Shown in pieces: positions 29,161-40,573 of a DNA stretch of 64,000 bases (its first letter is position 1; each line of letters opens with the position of its first letter). The position numbers and the translations under genes are program-made. Under the pieces are notes generated by a model. It saw only the letters and a program-made list of their open reading frames with translations. It ran no database searches and was not told the DNA's origin. This DNA is from Chloroflexota bacterium (GTDB lineage: Bacteria; Chloroflexota; Anaerolineae; UBA2200): NCBI GenBank assembly GCA_014360905.1, contig JACIWW010000012.1, forward strand, positions 8,011-72,010, given 5' to 3'.

Positions 29161-29357
29161 GCGTGGGCAACAGCCCATGCAAAAAGCCCCTCTCCTACAG
29201 CGTAGGAGAGGGGGCAGGGGGTGAGGCAATCCGAGCGCTGAAGCGCTCACTACAAACCCGCCAAGAGACGGCGGACTGTTGTCCGCCCGGAGCAGGCATT
29301 AAGCATAGCCAGGGATTTCAATCCCTGGCACTTGTGAGCGCTAAGGCGCTCACTACA
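29161..29357 (+). repeat. Composite REP-like repeat, copy 4
   Basis: Same core as 3678-3815, plus CCAGGGATTTCAATCCCTGG and GTGAGCGCTAAGGCGCTCAC; between convergent genes. Confidence 0.85.
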
Positions 29358-29368
29358 AGCCTCTCTGC

Positions 29369-30061
29369 TCACGCTAATCCTTCTACCCCCACCTCCTCGC
29401 GTCCTTCCCCGTCCATCTCTTCCATCTTGCCCGTGACGGTAAAGACCACACGCTCGCAGATGTTGGTCACACGGTCTGCAGTTCGCTCTAGGTTGTGCCC
29501 AACCCACAGCAGATACGTGGCTTGATCGAGGATGCGTGGGTCAGCGAGGATGAGCGTAATCAGCTCGCGATAAACCTGATTGTACAGCGCGTCCACCTCT
29601 GCGTCTTCTTCAGGAATGGCACGTGCGAGTTCCACATCGCGCTGCACAAAGGCTTCCAACGCCCGATGGAGCATGGAGCGTGCTTTCTCTGCCATGCGCG
29701 GCAAGTCAATCAAGGGCTTGATCAGTGGCTTTTTCCCAATCATCAAGGCAATTTTGGCAATGCCCTTGGCATAATCCCCCATGCGCTCCAACTCGGTCGT
29801 GATCTCCAACACCGCGGCCAAAACGCGCAGATCGCCAGCCATAGGCTGCTGCGTCGCAATCAACATGAGGGCATCTGACTCGATGGCAAAGCGCTTCTCG
29901 TTGATGGCACGATCTTGTGCGATCAACTGCTTGGCTGCTTCCAAATCCTGTCGCTTCAGGATGTCCACCGCCCTGACCAGAGCCTCCTCTACCATGCTGC
30001 CCATGACCAGCAACTCATCCTGCACCCTTTGCAGATGGCGCTCGAATGTCTCTCTTACCAT
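29369..30061 (-). CDS. phoU: Phosphate transport regulator PhoU
   Basis: QQPMAGDLR, ELERMGDYA, LERTADRVTNICE. Confidence 0.95.
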   Translation of the reverse strand: MVRETFERHLQRVQDELLVMGSMVEEALVRAVDILKRQDLEAAKQLIAQDRAINEKRFAIESDALMLIATQQPMAGDLRVLAAVLEITTELERMGDYAKGIAKIALMIGKKPLIKPLIDLPRMAEKARSMLHRALEAFVQRDVELARAIPEEDAEVDALYNQVYRELITLILADPRILDQATYLLWVGHNLERTADRVTNICERVVFTVTGKMEEMDGEGREEVGVEGLA

Positions 30062-30093
30062 AGTGTTCCTCTCTTTCTAAATCGCGGCTTTCT

Positions 30094-30861
30094 TCATCCA
30101 AAACGTCCCGTGATATAGTCCTCCGTGCGCTGGTCCCGTGGATTGGTGAAAATCTGCGTGGTCAAGCCATATTCCACCAGCATGCCCGAGCGGCGCTCGT
30201 TCATCCAGAAGAAGCCGGTATAGTCCGAAACGCGTGCTGCTTGCTGCATGTTGTGCGTGACGATGACGATGGTGTATTGCTGCTTCAAGACGCGCATCAG
30301 TTCCTCGATGCGCAAAGTAGCAATGGGGTCCAGCGCCGAACAGGGCTCGTCCATCAGAATCACCTCGGGCTTGACCGCAATCACGCGCGCGATGCACAGG
30401 CGTTGCTGCTGTCCCAACGACAGAGAGAGGGCATCTTGGTTCAGGTTGTCCTTGACCTCGTCCCAAAGGTCAGCTCTGCGCAGGCTCTCCTCGACGATGT
30501 CGCGCAGATTGTTACCCTTGTCCAATCCCAGCACGCGCGGTCCGAAGGCAACGTTGTCGAAGACGGACTGGGGGAATGGGTTGGGACGCTGAAACACCAT
30601 CCCCACCCGTTGCCGTAACGCCACTACATCCGTGCCAGGAGCATAGATGTCCTTGCCATCCAGTAGTACCCGTCCCGTCAGCCGCACACCGGGAATCGTA
30701 TCGTTCATGCGGTTGAGACAACGCAAGAAGGTGGATTTGCCGCAGCCCGATGGCCCAATCAGTGCGGTGATATGCCGTTCCTGTATGACGACATCCACGT
30801 TCGACAGCGCTTGAAAACTGCCGTAGTAGAAGTCTAGTCCTTCTACTGCGATCTTGCTCAT
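30094..30861 (-). CDS. pstB: Phosphate ABC transporter ATPase
   Basis: [35 protein letters not shown]. Confidence 0.95.
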   Translation of the reverse strand: MSKIAVEGLDFYYGSFQALSNVDVVIQERHITALIGPSGCGKSTFLRCLNRMNDTIPGVRLTGRVLLDGKDIYAPGTDVVALRQRVGMVFQRPNPFPQSVFDNVAFGPRVLGLDKGNNLRDIVEESLRRADLWDEVKDNLNQDALSLSLGQQQRLCIARVIAVKPEVILMDEPCSALDPIATLRIEELMRVLKQQYTIVIVTHNMQQAARVSDYTGFFWMNERRSGMLVEYGLTTQIFTNPRDQRTEDYITGRFG

Positions 30862-30863
30862 GC

Positions 30864-31631
30864 TTATCCAAACCGCCCCGTAATGTAATCCTCAGTCCTC
30901 TTATCCCGCGGAGTTGTGAACAGCGCCTTCCCAGGCTGATGCTCGATCAGTTCGCCCATCAGGAAGAAGGCGGCATAGTCCGCAACCCGCGCTGCTTGTT
31001 GCACACTGTGCGGAACCAGCACGATGGTATAATCGCGCTTCAGTTGGTTAAGCGATTCCTCCACTTTGGCCGTTGAGATGGGGTCTAACCCCGAAGTGGG
31101 CTCATCCAGGAGCAAAACCTCTGGCTGCAGAGCTAGGCTGCGCGCAATGCACAACCGCTGTTGCTGCCCACCCGAGAGGTGGTTAGCCGCGTCATCCAGG
31201 CGGTCTTTGACCTCATCCCACAGCGCGGCCTGGTTGAGGCTACGCACCAGGATTTCCTCCAAACGGTTGCGATCCTTAATGCCAGCCAACTTGGGGCCAT
31301 ACAACACATTTTCGCGCACCGTGCCGGGCAGAGGCAGCGGCAGAGCAAAGACCATCCCTACGCGCCGCCGTAACTCGGGGACATCCGTGCCTGGGGCATA
31401 GATGTCCTGCCCATCGAGCAGAATCCTGCCCGTCATCTGCGTGCCTTCCACTAGGTCGTTCAGGCGGTTGATCAGGCGCAGCAGAGTCGTCTTGCCACCC
31501 CCGGCTGGACCCAGGAAGACCGTGATAGCGCAAGCCGGCACGTCCAGGGTGATATCCTTCAGCGCCGGCACGCCGCTATAGGCATAACTTACGTTCTCAA
31601 CGCGAATTTTGGGATTGAAACTCGCTTCCAT
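30864..31631 (-). CDS. pstB: Phosphate ABC transporter ATPase, second copy
   Basis: [41 protein letters not shown]. Confidence 0.9.
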   Translation of the reverse strand: MEASFNPKIRVENVSYAYSGVPALKDITLDVPACAITVFLGPAGGGKTTLLRLINRLNDLVEGTQMTGRILLDGQDIYAPGTDVPELRRRVGMVFALPLPLPGTVRENVLYGPKLAGIKDRNRLEEILVRSLNQAALWDEVKDRLDDAANHLSGGQQQRLCIARSLALQPEVLLLDEPTSGLDPISTAKVEESLNQLKRDYTIVLVPHSVQQAARVADYAAFFLMGELIEHQPGKALFTTPRDKRTEDYITGRFG

Positions 31632-31674
31632 TACCCCTTACGTTTCCCGTTTTCCGTTTTCCTTCTCCCGTATC

Positions 31675-32520
31675 CTACCACTGCCTCCTCCGCCGGAAAT
31701 AACTGCGGATAAGCGTCGCCACAACGTTCATCGAAAGCACCACTGCCAACAGGACGAGCGCTGTGCCGTATTGGATGTGGGCAGGCATGCCAGGAACCTG
31801 GGTGCTGATGACGTACAAGTGATAGGGCAAAGCCATGGTCTGATCGAAGGGCGAGCGAGGCAGGCGAGGCAGGTAGAAGGCAGCCACTGTGAAGAGGATA
31901 GGTGCCGTCTCGCCCGCCGCGCGCAGCAAGCCCAGGATGATGCCGGTGATGATGCCGGGCAGTGCTTGGGGCAGGACGATGTGACGAATGCCTTGCCAGC
32001 GCGTTCCGCCCAGGCTAAAGCTCACCGTGCGGAACTCCATGGGCACGGCACGCAGCGCCTCCTCCGACGTGCTGATGATCACCGGTAGGGTCATGATGGC
32101 CAACGTCAACGAGCCGGCCAGGATGGATGTGCCGAACTGTAAGAACAGCACGAACAGCCCCAGTCCGAAAAGCCCATACACAATGGAAGGGATGCCGGCA
32201 AGATTGACGATTGCCAGGCGAATCGCGCGGGTAAGCCAGGTATCCTGCGCGTACTCGGACAGGTAAATGGCCCCGCCGACGCCCATTGGGATGCACACCA
32301 CTGCCGTGCCCAGGGTCAATAACACCGTGCCAACGAGTGCGGGGAAAATGCCCCCCGCCTTCATCCCATCCCGAGGCATAGAGGTGAGGAATTCCCAGTT
32401 GATGGCTACGAGTCCGCGCAGGACGATATTACCGATGACCAGCAGAATGGGCAGCACCACGACGATAGCTGCCAGACCGAGCAGGGCAAAGCCCATGCGT
32501 TGAACTTGGTGGCGATTCAT
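31675..32520 (-). CDS. pstA: Phosphate ABC transporter permease PstA
   Basis: LAGIPSIVYGLFG, RAAGETAP. Confidence 0.95.
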   Translation of the reverse strand: MNRHQVQRMGFALLGLAAIVVVLPILLVIGNIVLRGLVAINWEFLTSMPRDGMKAGGIFPALVGTVLLTLGTAVVCIPMGVGGAIYLSEYAQDTWLTRAIRLAIVNLAGIPSIVYGLFGLGLFVLFLQFGTSILAGSLTLAIMTLPVIISTSEEALRAVPMEFRTVSFSLGGTRWQGIRHIVLPQALPGIITGIILGLLRAAGETAPILFTVAAFYLPRLPRSPFDQTMALPYHLYVISTQVPGMPAHIQYGTALVLLAVVLSMNVVATLIRSYFRRRRQW

Positions 32521-33410
32521 CGCAGCCCTCCTCGTCGTCGCTTGGTGAAAATGGCTCTAGCGGCAGTCAAATTGATGAAAAAGGTCACCACGAAGAGGAT
32601 GATGCCAATAGCGAAGAGCGCCCGGTAGTGCACGCTCCCTTTCGCCACCTCGCCCATCTCCGCTGCGATCGTGGCGGTCATGGTGCGCACCGGGCGGAAG
32701 AAGGAATCGAGGCTCAGCGGCATGCGCGCGGCATTGCCCGTGACCATCATCACCGCCATCGTCTCGCCGATAGCACGTCCCATGCCCAGCATCACTGCCG
32801 TGACGATGCCCGACCGAGCGGCTGGCACCACCACGCGCCAGATAGTCTGCCATTGCGTGGCACCGATGGCCAGCCCAGCATCGCGGTAACTCTTGGGTAC
32901 GGCATCGAGGGCATCTTCTGCCACGCTGATGATCGTGGGTAGTGCCATGTAGGCCAGAATGAGGGCGCCGGTGAAAGCGGTCAGCCCCGTCGGTGCCCCC
33001 AGGATTTCGCGCACATGCGGGGCCACGAACGTCATGCCAAAGAAGCCCAGCACGACCGAAGGGATGCCCGCCAGCACCTCGATGAGCGGTTTCAGAATCT
33101 CGCGTGTCCAGTTCGGCGCTACCTCGCGCACAAATACAGCCGTTGCCACTCCCAGCGGCAGGGCAATGGCAATGGCAGTGATCGTGACGAACGCTGAGCC
33201 CAAAAGCAATGGCAGCACGCCGAACATGCCAAAGGTGGGGTACCAACGCACGTCGAGGAAATTTGCCAGCGGCACCTGGGCAAAGACGGGCAAGCCCTCG
33301 CGCAGCAAAAAGGCGAAAATGAGCACGACCAGCCCAATCGTCGAGATGCCCAGCACTTGTACCAGAGCTTCTATGGCGAATTCAGCCCACCGCGAGCGTC
33401 TATCATGCAT
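32517..33410 (-). CDS. pstC: Phosphate ABC transporter permease PstC
   Basis: LAGIPSVVLG, GRAIGETMAV. Confidence 0.95.
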   Translation of the reverse strand: MHDRRSRWAEFAIEALVQVLGISTIGLVVLIFAFLLREGLPVFAQVPLANFLDVRWYPTFGMFGVLPLLLGSAFVTITAIAIALPLGVATAVFVREVAPNWTREILKPLIEVLAGIPSVVLGFFGMTFVAPHVREILGAPTGLTAFTGALILAYMALPTIISVAEDALDAVPKSYRDAGLAIGATQWQTIWRVVVPAARSGIVTAVMLGMGRAIGETMAVMMVTGNAARMPLSLDSFFRPVRTMTATIAAEMGEVAKGSVHYRALFAIGIILFVVTFFINLTAARAIFTKRRRGGLR

Positions 33411-33419
33411 ACTGTGGTC

Positions 33420-34394
33420 TCACCTCATCTTCAACGGCACAAACCCCAATTGACTGACCAGCGCCTGCCCATCGCTCAGGATCCATTCCAAATACGCCTT
33501 GATCTGTCCGCGTGGCTCTCCTGCCGTGTACATGTACAAGGGACGTGCGATGGGGTACGTGCCGTCGTTGACCGTCTCTACCGAGGGCAATACATACGGG
33601 CCACCGTCGTCCTCAGCCACTGCAATCACCTTTTGATCTGGCGTGACATAGCCCAAGCCATCGTAGCCGATGGCATTGGGATTCTGGCGCACTTCGCAGC
33701 TAATCCCTTCCGAGGAAGGCATCAATAGCGTCTCAGGGGAGAAGAGCAAGGTGCTTTCCTTCTTTCCCAGGCGGATGACATTCTCCAGAAAATACACGTA
33801 GGTCCCGGAATTCGACTCGCGTGAGAGCAGGACGATGGGGCGGTTTTCGCCACCGACCTGGCGCCAGTTCGTGATCTTCCCCGTGTAGATGTCGGAGATT
33901 TGCTGTAACGTGAGCTGTTGCACCGGATTGGAGGGGTGCACCACCACGGCGATGGCGTCGCGTGCTACGGTGAACTCAACGGGGTTGATGCCGTTGGCTT
34001 TTGCTGCTGCAATCTCCTCGGGTTTCATCTCCCGTGATGCATTGGCAATGTCCACCATGCCATTGATCATGGCGGCAATGCCCGTGCCCGATCCGCCGCC
34101 GGTGACGGAGATGCGCACTTCGGGATGCAATTGCATGTATGCTTCGGCCCAGGCCAGAGCCAGGTTCACCATCGTGTCCGAGCCCTTGTTCTCGATAGTC
34201 TGGACGGGCATGTTTGCCGGGGTTTGTCCGGGAGATGGCTTGGAACGGCACCCCCACATCAATGCCAAAAAGCCCAGCAACACCATGCTGCGCATTGCAA
34301 CGTCGAAGAGGGACTTGCCAGCCCTCATTGCGCCATTGCCCTGACCCAGTTCGTGTTCCCTCGAACCACTCGCATCAATCATCTCGACTGACAA
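33420..34394 (-). CDS. pstS: Phosphate-binding lipoprotein PstS (true start may be 20-35 codons downstream)
   Basis: KGSDTM, GGGSGTG, SRESNSGT, YPIARPLY; MWGC lipobox. Confidence 0.92.
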   Translation of the reverse strand: MSVEMIDASGSREHELGQGNGAMRAGKSLFDVAMRSMVLLGFLALMWGCRSKPSPGQTPANMPVQTIENKGSDTMVNLALAWAEAYMQLHPEVRISVTGGGSGTGIAAMINGMVDIANASREMKPEEIAAAKANGINPVEFTVARDAIAVVVHPSNPVQQLTLQQISDIYTGKITNWRQVGGENRPIVLLSRESNSGTYVYFLENVIRLGKKESTLLFSPETLLMPSSEGISCEVRQNPNAIGYDGLGYVTPDQKVIAVAEDDGGPYVLPSVETVNDGTYPIARPLYMYTAGEPRGQIKAYLEWILSDGQALVSQLGFVPLKMR

Positions 34395-34679
34395 TTGTAC
34401 CCAGTAGTTCCGTGCGCGTCAAAAAGCTGCCTGCTCTTCTTTTGGCACAAGGCTCTCTACAACCATCTCAGCACCGCGGCGGAGAAACTAGCCAGGCTCT
34501 TGGGGAAATAGAGCTTGGCATAGGCACTCTGCGGGAGCAACTTGGCAGCTATGTCCGCCGGCAAAGTCACATCTTTTGACTGATCGCTCCGCTAGCAGTA
34601 CTATTAACCCAATTGGCAGGTGAATACAAAGAGTGCCCTTGTGCGTAACTCCATGCCAAGAAAAGGAGGGTTTGTTGCG

Positions 34680-35246
34680 ATGAAACAGAAACGAGTGCTG
34701 GGCATTGTGGGCAGCCCCAGGCGGGGCGGGAATACCGAGACCCTGGTGGATGAAGCATTGCGTGGTGCAGAGGAAGCGGGTGCGTCAACGGAAAAGATTA
34801 TCCTCAGCACATTGGACATTGCGCCATGCGAGGGCTGTGATGCCTGTGAAGATAGCGGCGTATGCATCCACGCGGATGACATGGAGGGCTTGCTGCGCAA
34901 GATGTCCGACAGCGACGTGTGGGTGCTAGGCACGCCCGTGTACTGGTGGGGGCCGAGCGCGCAGTTCAAGACGTTCGTTGACCGCTGGTATGCCAAGGTC
35001 TTCCGCGACGAGGACAAGGCGATGTTCCAGGGGCGGCGCATCGTTCTGGTTGTTCCTTTTGGCGATAGCGAGGTGAAAACGGCCCGCCATGTGGTGGGCA
35101 TGATGACAGACGCATTGGATTATGTCGAGGCGGAGCTTTTTGCCACCGTGTTGGCGCCAGGCGTGAACGATCCGGGCGAGGTACGCCAATATCCAGACGT
35201 GCTGGCTGCAGCCTACCGCGCAGGGAAAGAGGCAGTAAGCCGATAA
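34680..35246 (+). CDS. Flavodoxin-like iron-sulfur flavoprotein / NADPH-dependent FMN reductase
   Basis: GSPRRGGNT, CEGCDAC...C, GTPVYW; AAAGGAGG RBS. Confidence 0.88.
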   Translation: MKQKRVLGIVGSPRRGGNTETLVDEALRGAEEAGASTEKIILSTLDIAPCEGCDACEDSGVCIHADDMEGLLRKMSDSDVWVLGTPVYWWGPSAQFKTFVDRWYAKVFRDEDKAMFQGRRIVLVVPFGDSEVKTARHVVGMMTDALDYVEAELFATVLAPGVNDPGEVRQYPDVLAAAYRAGKEAVSR

Positions 35247-35355
35247 GGGCAAACACAAGGTTTGCCTCTACGGGATAGTCCAAACGGGATTCATTACAGC
35301 ATGTAGGGGCGAATCTCGCATTTGCCCAAAAGAGATTTCGCGAGGAGAAAAAACG

Positions 35356-36342
35356 ATGAAACATAAGATGACCAAACGCGAACGGTTGGAAGCGACGGTG
35401 GCTGGCTATCCGGTGGATCGGCCGGCGATCGCGCTGTGGCGGCATTGGCCTGGCGATGACCAACGCGCTGCCAACCTGGCGCGCGCCACACTCGATTTTC
35501 AACGCATGTACGATTTCGATTTCGTCAAATGCATGCCCGCCAGCAACTATTGCCTTGCCGATTGGGGCGCAGAGTCGCGCTGGCTGGGCAATGAGGAGGG
35601 CACGCGCGAATGGGGACGGCGGGTGATCCAGCATCCGGAAGACTGGACGCGCTTGCCTCTGCTCGATCCCGCTCGGGGCATGCTGCACGAGATGCACCGT
35701 GCCCTGCAACTCATCGGTCAGGGGCTGGGACGGGACGTGCCCTTCATCTGGACCATTTTCAATCCCCTGGCCCAGGCCAAGAACCTGGCAGGCGATCTGC
35801 TGCTGGCGCACATGCGCCAATACCCCGATGCACTCAAGGCAGGGTTGGAAACCATCACCGAGAGCACCATTCGCTTCATCGAGGAGGTGCGCGATACTGG
35901 CGTCTCGGGCATCTTCCTCGCGTTGCAACATGCCACTCACGATCTGCTCACCGAGGCGGAATACCGCGAGTTTGGCCGTCCCTATGACCTGCGCATCCTG
36001 GGGGCAACGGAAGGGATGTGGTTCAACGTCGTACACCTGCACGGCGAGCATGTCATGTTCGACGTAGTGGCTGACTATCCGGTGCAGGCTATCAATTGGC
36101 ACGACCGCGAGACACCACCCTCGCTGTCCGAGGCCAAGACGCGTTTTCGCCGCGCTCTCATTGGCGGATTGCACCGCATAGATACCATGCTGCGCGGCAC
36201 GCCAGAGCAGGTGCGTGCGGAAATCCACACTGCCATCGAGGAGACCGGTGGGCAGCGCCTCATCGTGGGCACAGGCTGTGTCATGCTCCTCACCACGCCG
36301 GTGGGCAACATCCGCGCCGCACGCGAGGCCGTGGGGATCTGA
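35356..36342 (+). CDS. Uroporphyrinogen decarboxylase (URO-D/CIMS-like) family protein
   Basis: TKRERLEA...DRP, WRHWP, TIFNPL, HLHG, LIVGTGC. Confidence 0.8.
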   Translation: MKHKMTKRERLEATVAGYPVDRPAIALWRHWPGDDQRAANLARATLDFQRMYDFDFVKCMPASNYCLADWGAESRWLGNEEGTREWGRRVIQHPEDWTRLPLLDPARGMLHEMHRALQLIGQGLGRDVPFIWTIFNPLAQAKNLAGDLLLAHMRQYPDALKAGLETITESTIRFIEEVRDTGVSGIFLALQHATHDLLTEAEYREFGRPYDLRILGATEGMWFNVVHLHGEHVMFDVVADYPVQAINWHDRETPPSLSEAKTRFRRALIGGLHRIDTMLRGTPEQVRAEIHTAIEETGGQRLIVGTGCVMLLTTPVGNIRAAREAVGI

Positions 36343-36374
36343 CGCCCCTCACTGATTGCTCGTCACTCCTCATC

Positions 36375-39300
36375 CTATGGCGTCGGGAACAGGCTAGGCG
36401 TGGGTGCGGGAGTAGGCGGTGGGGGCAGCGTGGCTATGGGCGTCTGCACAGGTGCAGGTTGCCACATGAGATGGGTGGGATCCAACGGCGCGACACGCCC
36501 GTAAATGTCCCCCGCCCACATCTGCCCATCTGGAGCCAAAGCCAAGATGCAGATGCGCTCATCCAAATTGGTGGCCTCTTGCCAGTTCTGCCCGTTATCG
36601 GTAGAGCGGAGCAGCACTCTGGCTTCGCTTCCTCCATACAGCCCTTGCACCACCAGCACGTAAACCATCTGCTGCTCGGCGGTGCCTGGCGGGAAGAGGA
36701 AATGACAGGCCAAGATAGTGTAGTTCAACGCTGGGCCAACCTGTCTCCAACTCCGTCCGCCATCGGTAGAGCGCAGCAAGCCGTACTGTTCCGCGGCAAT
36801 GAACGCGGTTGTGTCTTGGCCAAAGCGTGGCGATAAAGCTAGCCCCTTGATGAGGTAGGTAGGAATGGGAAGCACGCCGATGCGCAGGATATTGCCTGTT
36901 CGCTCCGATGGGGCATAGAGAAGCGTTTGCCTGGCATATTGCTTGTCCTCGGCCAGGGCAATGAATGTAGGCTTCCCGACGCCGGTGAGTGCCATGGCGA
37001 TGTGCGTGGCCACAATGGGCGAGAGACGTGTCCAGCTCTGTCCAGCATCCTGAGTGTGGAAGATGCCGCTGTCGCCGGCGAGGAGCAGCGCAGTCCCATC
37101 CTGGCGGAAATTGGGGGATAAGGCCATGCCCCGCACGTGCAAGTCGGTTAGCCCAGTCATAGCAGGTTGCCAACTTCGGCCCCCATCTTGCGAACGGAAC
37201 AGTCCGTAAGGTTGCCAGAATTCACTGGAGAAGGCAAAGAACATACTGCTATCACCTGGCGCCGCCAGGATAGCAGGCTTGCCTGGAGTAGGTAATGCCC
37301 CTTTCACCAATAGCCAACCCCTGCCATCCCGCCGCAGCAGGCCAAGCACGCTGCCGGAATCCGCCTGGCTCACTGCCAGAACCGTCCCATCGGCGCTGAT
37401 GGCCAGTTGCTGCACTGGATGGAGAGGCAGCACATCCACCTCCTCCATTTCGGGCACAGAGAGTTGCCCGGGAATGAAGGTCAGCACGTCAGAGCTATTC
37501 GCAGCGGCTGTGTACAGACGGTGCCGTGCCGCGCTGAAAAGCGCGAACGGGGCATAGGCAAGGTTCAGCGACTGGTAGCCAATCACGTTGGCCGCGCTGG
37601 CATCTACCGTGACCAGCCCACCCCAATCCACTACGTACAGCAAGCCCCTTTCTGCATCGAGGAACAGTGGGCCGCCCAGCCCCTGCAAATGTGCCACCAG
37701 GTCGCCATTGCTCGTGTAGGCGGCTAGATCGGTGCTCGGAAAAGCGCTTGCCACCCAGATGCGATCGGGTCTCTCATGCACAGCCAGTCCGCGCACGAAT
37801 TGCTGGTATGCTTTGATGGGGCGTTCTATCCTCTGCAGGGTCGCTCCATCGTAAATCTGCAGCCAGGTGCTGGCGCTGGAGCCTGGGGAATTGTTGCTCA
37901 TGATGACGAACAACAAGTCATGTACCTGGTCGTAGTGGGCTTCGATGGCCCCAGGTACCACAAGCAAGGGATCCGTGCGCACCGTATCCTGGATCGCTCC
38001 ACTTATCTGATACGTGGTGCTGTCCACGACATAAACGCCTTGCTGGGTGATGAAGATGCGGTTGCGCGGCAAATCCGCGGCGATCTGTCCCGCTTTGGGG
38101 ATGGATGCCACGAGCGCGCCGGTGGCAGCATCCAGCACCAGCGTGACATCCTGTGCGAAATCCGCCACATAGAGCCGGCCATTGGCCACAGCCATGGGGG
38201 CGCGGAGCATGGCGTCGAAACCAGGGATCAGAATGTTGGACCATGTGCTGAGCAAATTCAGCATGGATGCATCCAAGACGTGCACAGCGCCGCTGGAATC
38301 GAGCACGAACAGACGACCCGAAGTGTCATCCAGTGCTGCACTCACCAGACGGATGCCCAGATGAATGGGCGCAGCGGCTTCGCCGGTTTGCATGCGAATG
38401 GCAGTCAGCATTTCGCTGGCCACTCCGCTTTGGCGCCAACTATAGAGCACACCCCGGTGAGCGAAAACTAAGCGGGGGTATCCAACATAGGTCCAATTCA
38501 TATAGGGAGTGTTCACGCTTCTCACCACTTGCCCGGACCCTGTGTCCACTGTACGTATCCTGGATTGAGGTTCCTCCGCTTTGCTGTCCTCCAGGAGCAG
38601 GAGATTGCCGCTATCGCGATCCAGCACGATTTGTCCGATCTCCCAGCCTGGGTCAGGTTCCCAGTAACTTGTGGACAGGCGTGTGCCCTGTATGAGGACC
38701 ACGCGCTTGGGGATGGTAGGCTGGGATGGCTCGGTCAGCACATAGGTTTGATCGCGATGCGGGGCAGAGAGGATGGTTACGATGCGCCCACCAGGGGCGA
38801 TGCCGGCTTCGTGGCGCAGGTCCTCCAGATGATAGACCGCGATGGCTTCACTGCCCGGCCCGGTGGCATAGAGCAGGCCAGCGTGGTGGTTCACGGTCAA
38901 CCAGGCAATGGAGAAGCCCGGGCCAGATTCTGGGAGGGTGACCTGTGCTTCCTCGGCCAAGGTCCGGGCATGTAGGCGACGCAATACCCCTTCGCCAGCA
39001 ACGTACAGCCGCTCTGCACTTGCATCGAGAGCCATCATACTCACATCATCCACTCTGCCTAGAATGGTGCCTAGTGGCTCAGTGCCAGCGCCCGTGCTCA
39101 CTACGAGCAGTCTATTGCCTGCGTTGCTGCCCCGGTCTACGATGTACAGGCGCGTGCCATCGCTGGACAGCGCTACCTGCGGAATCTCGATGAAGGCAGC
39201 GGGCATTGGCACAGAGGTACGCACCTGAGCACGATTCAGGTCCACCATCGTCAAGACGCCCTGGCCGATGCTGGCATCACCACCCGACGCCAGCACGTAG

Positions 39301-39587
39301 AGCAGCCCACGCGCATTATCCACAGCAGTGGCGCGGATGTCGTAGGTATCTCCAGCCGGCACACCCAAATCAGTGCTACCGGTCGCTTCCGGGGTAGGAG
39401 ACGGGGAAGGCGAAGGCGTGTACGTGGCGAATGGATAGGGCGTTGCAGTAGCGGCAGCAGGCGTCGCAGTAGGGCTAGCCAGCACCGTGGGGGTAGAAGT
39501 GGGCGTGGGCGTCCTGAAGATGAGTTGGCAGCCAGTGGTCAATAACAGGGCCAGGCACAGACCTGCAATTAGGCATATGCGACGCAT
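36375..39587 (-). CDS. Large lipoprotein with YVTN-type beta-propellers and C-terminal BNR/Asp-box propeller
   Basis: LTTGC lipobox; TP linker; D...RLYV repeats; SQDGGRSW, TQDAGQSW, STDGGRSW, STDNGQNW. Confidence 0.8.
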   Translation of the reverse strand: MRRICLIAGLCLALLLTTGCQLIFRTPTPTSTPTVLASPTATPAAATATPYPFATYTPSPSPSPTPEATGSTDLGVPAGDTYDIRATAVDNARGLLYVLASGGDASIGQGVLTMVDLNRAQVRTSVPMPAAFIEIPQVALSSDGTRLYIVDRGSNAGNRLLVVSTGAGTEPLGTILGRVDDVSMMALDASAERLYVAGEGVLRRLHARTLAEEAQVTLPESGPGFSIAWLTVNHHAGLLYATGPGSEAIAVYHLEDLRHEAGIAPGGRIVTILSAPHRDQTYVLTEPSQPTIPKRVVLIQGTRLSTSYWEPDPGWEIGQIVLDRDSGNLLLLEDSKAEEPQSRIRTVDTGSGQVVRSVNTPYMNWTYVGYPRLVFAHRGVLYSWRQSGVASEMLTAIRMQTGEAAAPIHLGIRLVSAALDDTSGRLFVLDSSGAVHVLDASMLNLLSTWSNILIPGFDAMLRAPMAVANGRLYVADFAQDVTLVLDAATGALVASIPKAGQIAADLPRNRIFITQQGVYVVDSTTYQISGAIQDTVRTDPLLVVPGAIEAHYDQVHDLLFVIMSNNSPGSSASTWLQIYDGATLQRIERPIKAYQQFVRGLAVHERPDRIWVASAFPSTDLAAYTSNGDLVAHLQGLGGPLFLDAERGLLYVVDWGGLVTVDASAANVIGYQSLNLAYAPFALFSAARHRLYTAAANSSDVLTFIPGQLSVPEMEEVDVLPLHPVQQLAISADGTVLAVSQADSGSVLGLLRRDGRGWLLVKGALPTPGKPAILAAPGDSSMFFAFSSEFWQPYGLFRSQDGGRSWQPAMTGLTDLHVRGMALSPNFRQDGTALLLAGDSGIFHTQDAGQSWTRLSPIVATHIAMALTGVGKPTFIALAEDKQYARQTLLYAPSERTGNILRIGVLPIPTYLIKGLALSPRFGQDTTAFIAAEQYGLLRSTDGGRSWRQVGPALNYTILACHFLFPPGTAEQQMVYVLVVQGLYGGSEARVLLRSTDNGQNWQEATNLDERICILALAPDGQMWAGDIYGRVAPLDPTHLMWQPAPVQTPIATLPPPPTPAPTPSLFPTP

Positions 39588-39624
39588 GTTCCCCTCCGCT
39601 TCCGTTTTTACACATTACGTTTTT

Positions 39625-40455
39625 CTATACGTGCTTTCCCAGCCACTCCACCATCATGTCAAAGACCTGTTGCTGTTCGGGTTCGTTGTGCATCTCGTGG
39701 TACAGGCCATCCCACAGTCTGAAAGTGCAATCGCCCGGGACACGTGCGGCAAATTCACGGCTGGCCTGCGCGGAACAGATAGGGTCGTCTGCACCGTGCA
39801 TGAGCAGGAGCGGCAGTGGGAATTCCGCTGCGTGCTCCAGGGCCCATTCGCCGGCCGTGAGCATATCCATAGCCAAGCGTGCCGAGACGCGGTTGTGCAC
39901 GAGTGGGTCCTGGATATAGGCGTCCACCACCTTTTGGTCGTGGGCAAGTCCCCGTGGGTCCAGTTCATTGCTCAGAGAGAAGGCGGGCAACAGGCTGTAC
40001 AGCGTCTTGCCCAGCCAGAGCTTCCATGCGGGCGGCTGGAAGGCTGTGCGCAGCAAGGGTGAAGTGACGATGGTGCCAGAGAGTTGTGGCTTGCGGCGCA
40101 GGGCATAGCTCAGCACCAGGATGCCGCCCATGCTGTGGCCGTACAGGAAGAGCGGATGGTCTGGGAAACGCTGCTTCGCTTCCTGTAGGAATTGGCCGAT
40201 GTCATCTAGCAGAGCATCCCAGGAGGGAGCGTGCCCGCGCTGTCCCTGCGATTTTCCGTGTCCGCGCAGGTCAAAGCCCAGCAAGACGTAGCCAGCACGG
40301 TTCAGCGCCGCCGCGACGTGATGGTAGCGACTACTGTGTTCTCCCAGGCCATGCACCAGGCAGACCACAGCACGAGGCGTGTCCTCTGGAAGCCAATCCC
40401 GGGCAAAGAGCTGCAAGCCATCAGAAGTCTGGAATGTGCGTTCAGAGCTTGGCAC
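39625..40455 (-). CDS. Lysophospholipase/monoacylglycerol lipase (PldB-like hydrolase)
   Basis: GTG start after GGAGG; HGLGEHSSRY, DLRGHG, GHSMGG, YHEMHNE. Confidence 0.9.
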   Translation of the reverse strand: MPSSERTFQTSDGLQLFARDWLPEDTPRAVVCLVHGLGEHSSRYHHVAAALNRAGYVLLGFDLRGHGKSQGQRGHAPSWDALLDDIGQFLQEAKQRFPDHPLFLYGHSMGGILVLSYALRRKPQLSGTIVTSPLLRTAFQPPAWKLWLGKTLYSLLPAFSLSNELDPRGLAHDQKVVDAYIQDPLVHNRVSARLAMDMLTAGEWALEHAAEFPLPLLLMHGADDPICSAQASREFAARVPGDCTFRLWDGLYHEMHNEPEQQQVFDMMVEWLGKHV

Positions 40456-40573
40456 TTGGCACCTCCATTGGTGTGAGATTGTCGTGCAGTTATATGATAC
40501 TGTCAAATGAACCAGAGGGCAAGTGGGGGAGTGAGGCATGTTGCGTGAGGTTTTATCGCCTGGCGTGGAGTTC

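Noticed and set aside
30094..31631. Tandem pstB duplication as a novelty
   Set aside because: Two pstB genes per operon is common.
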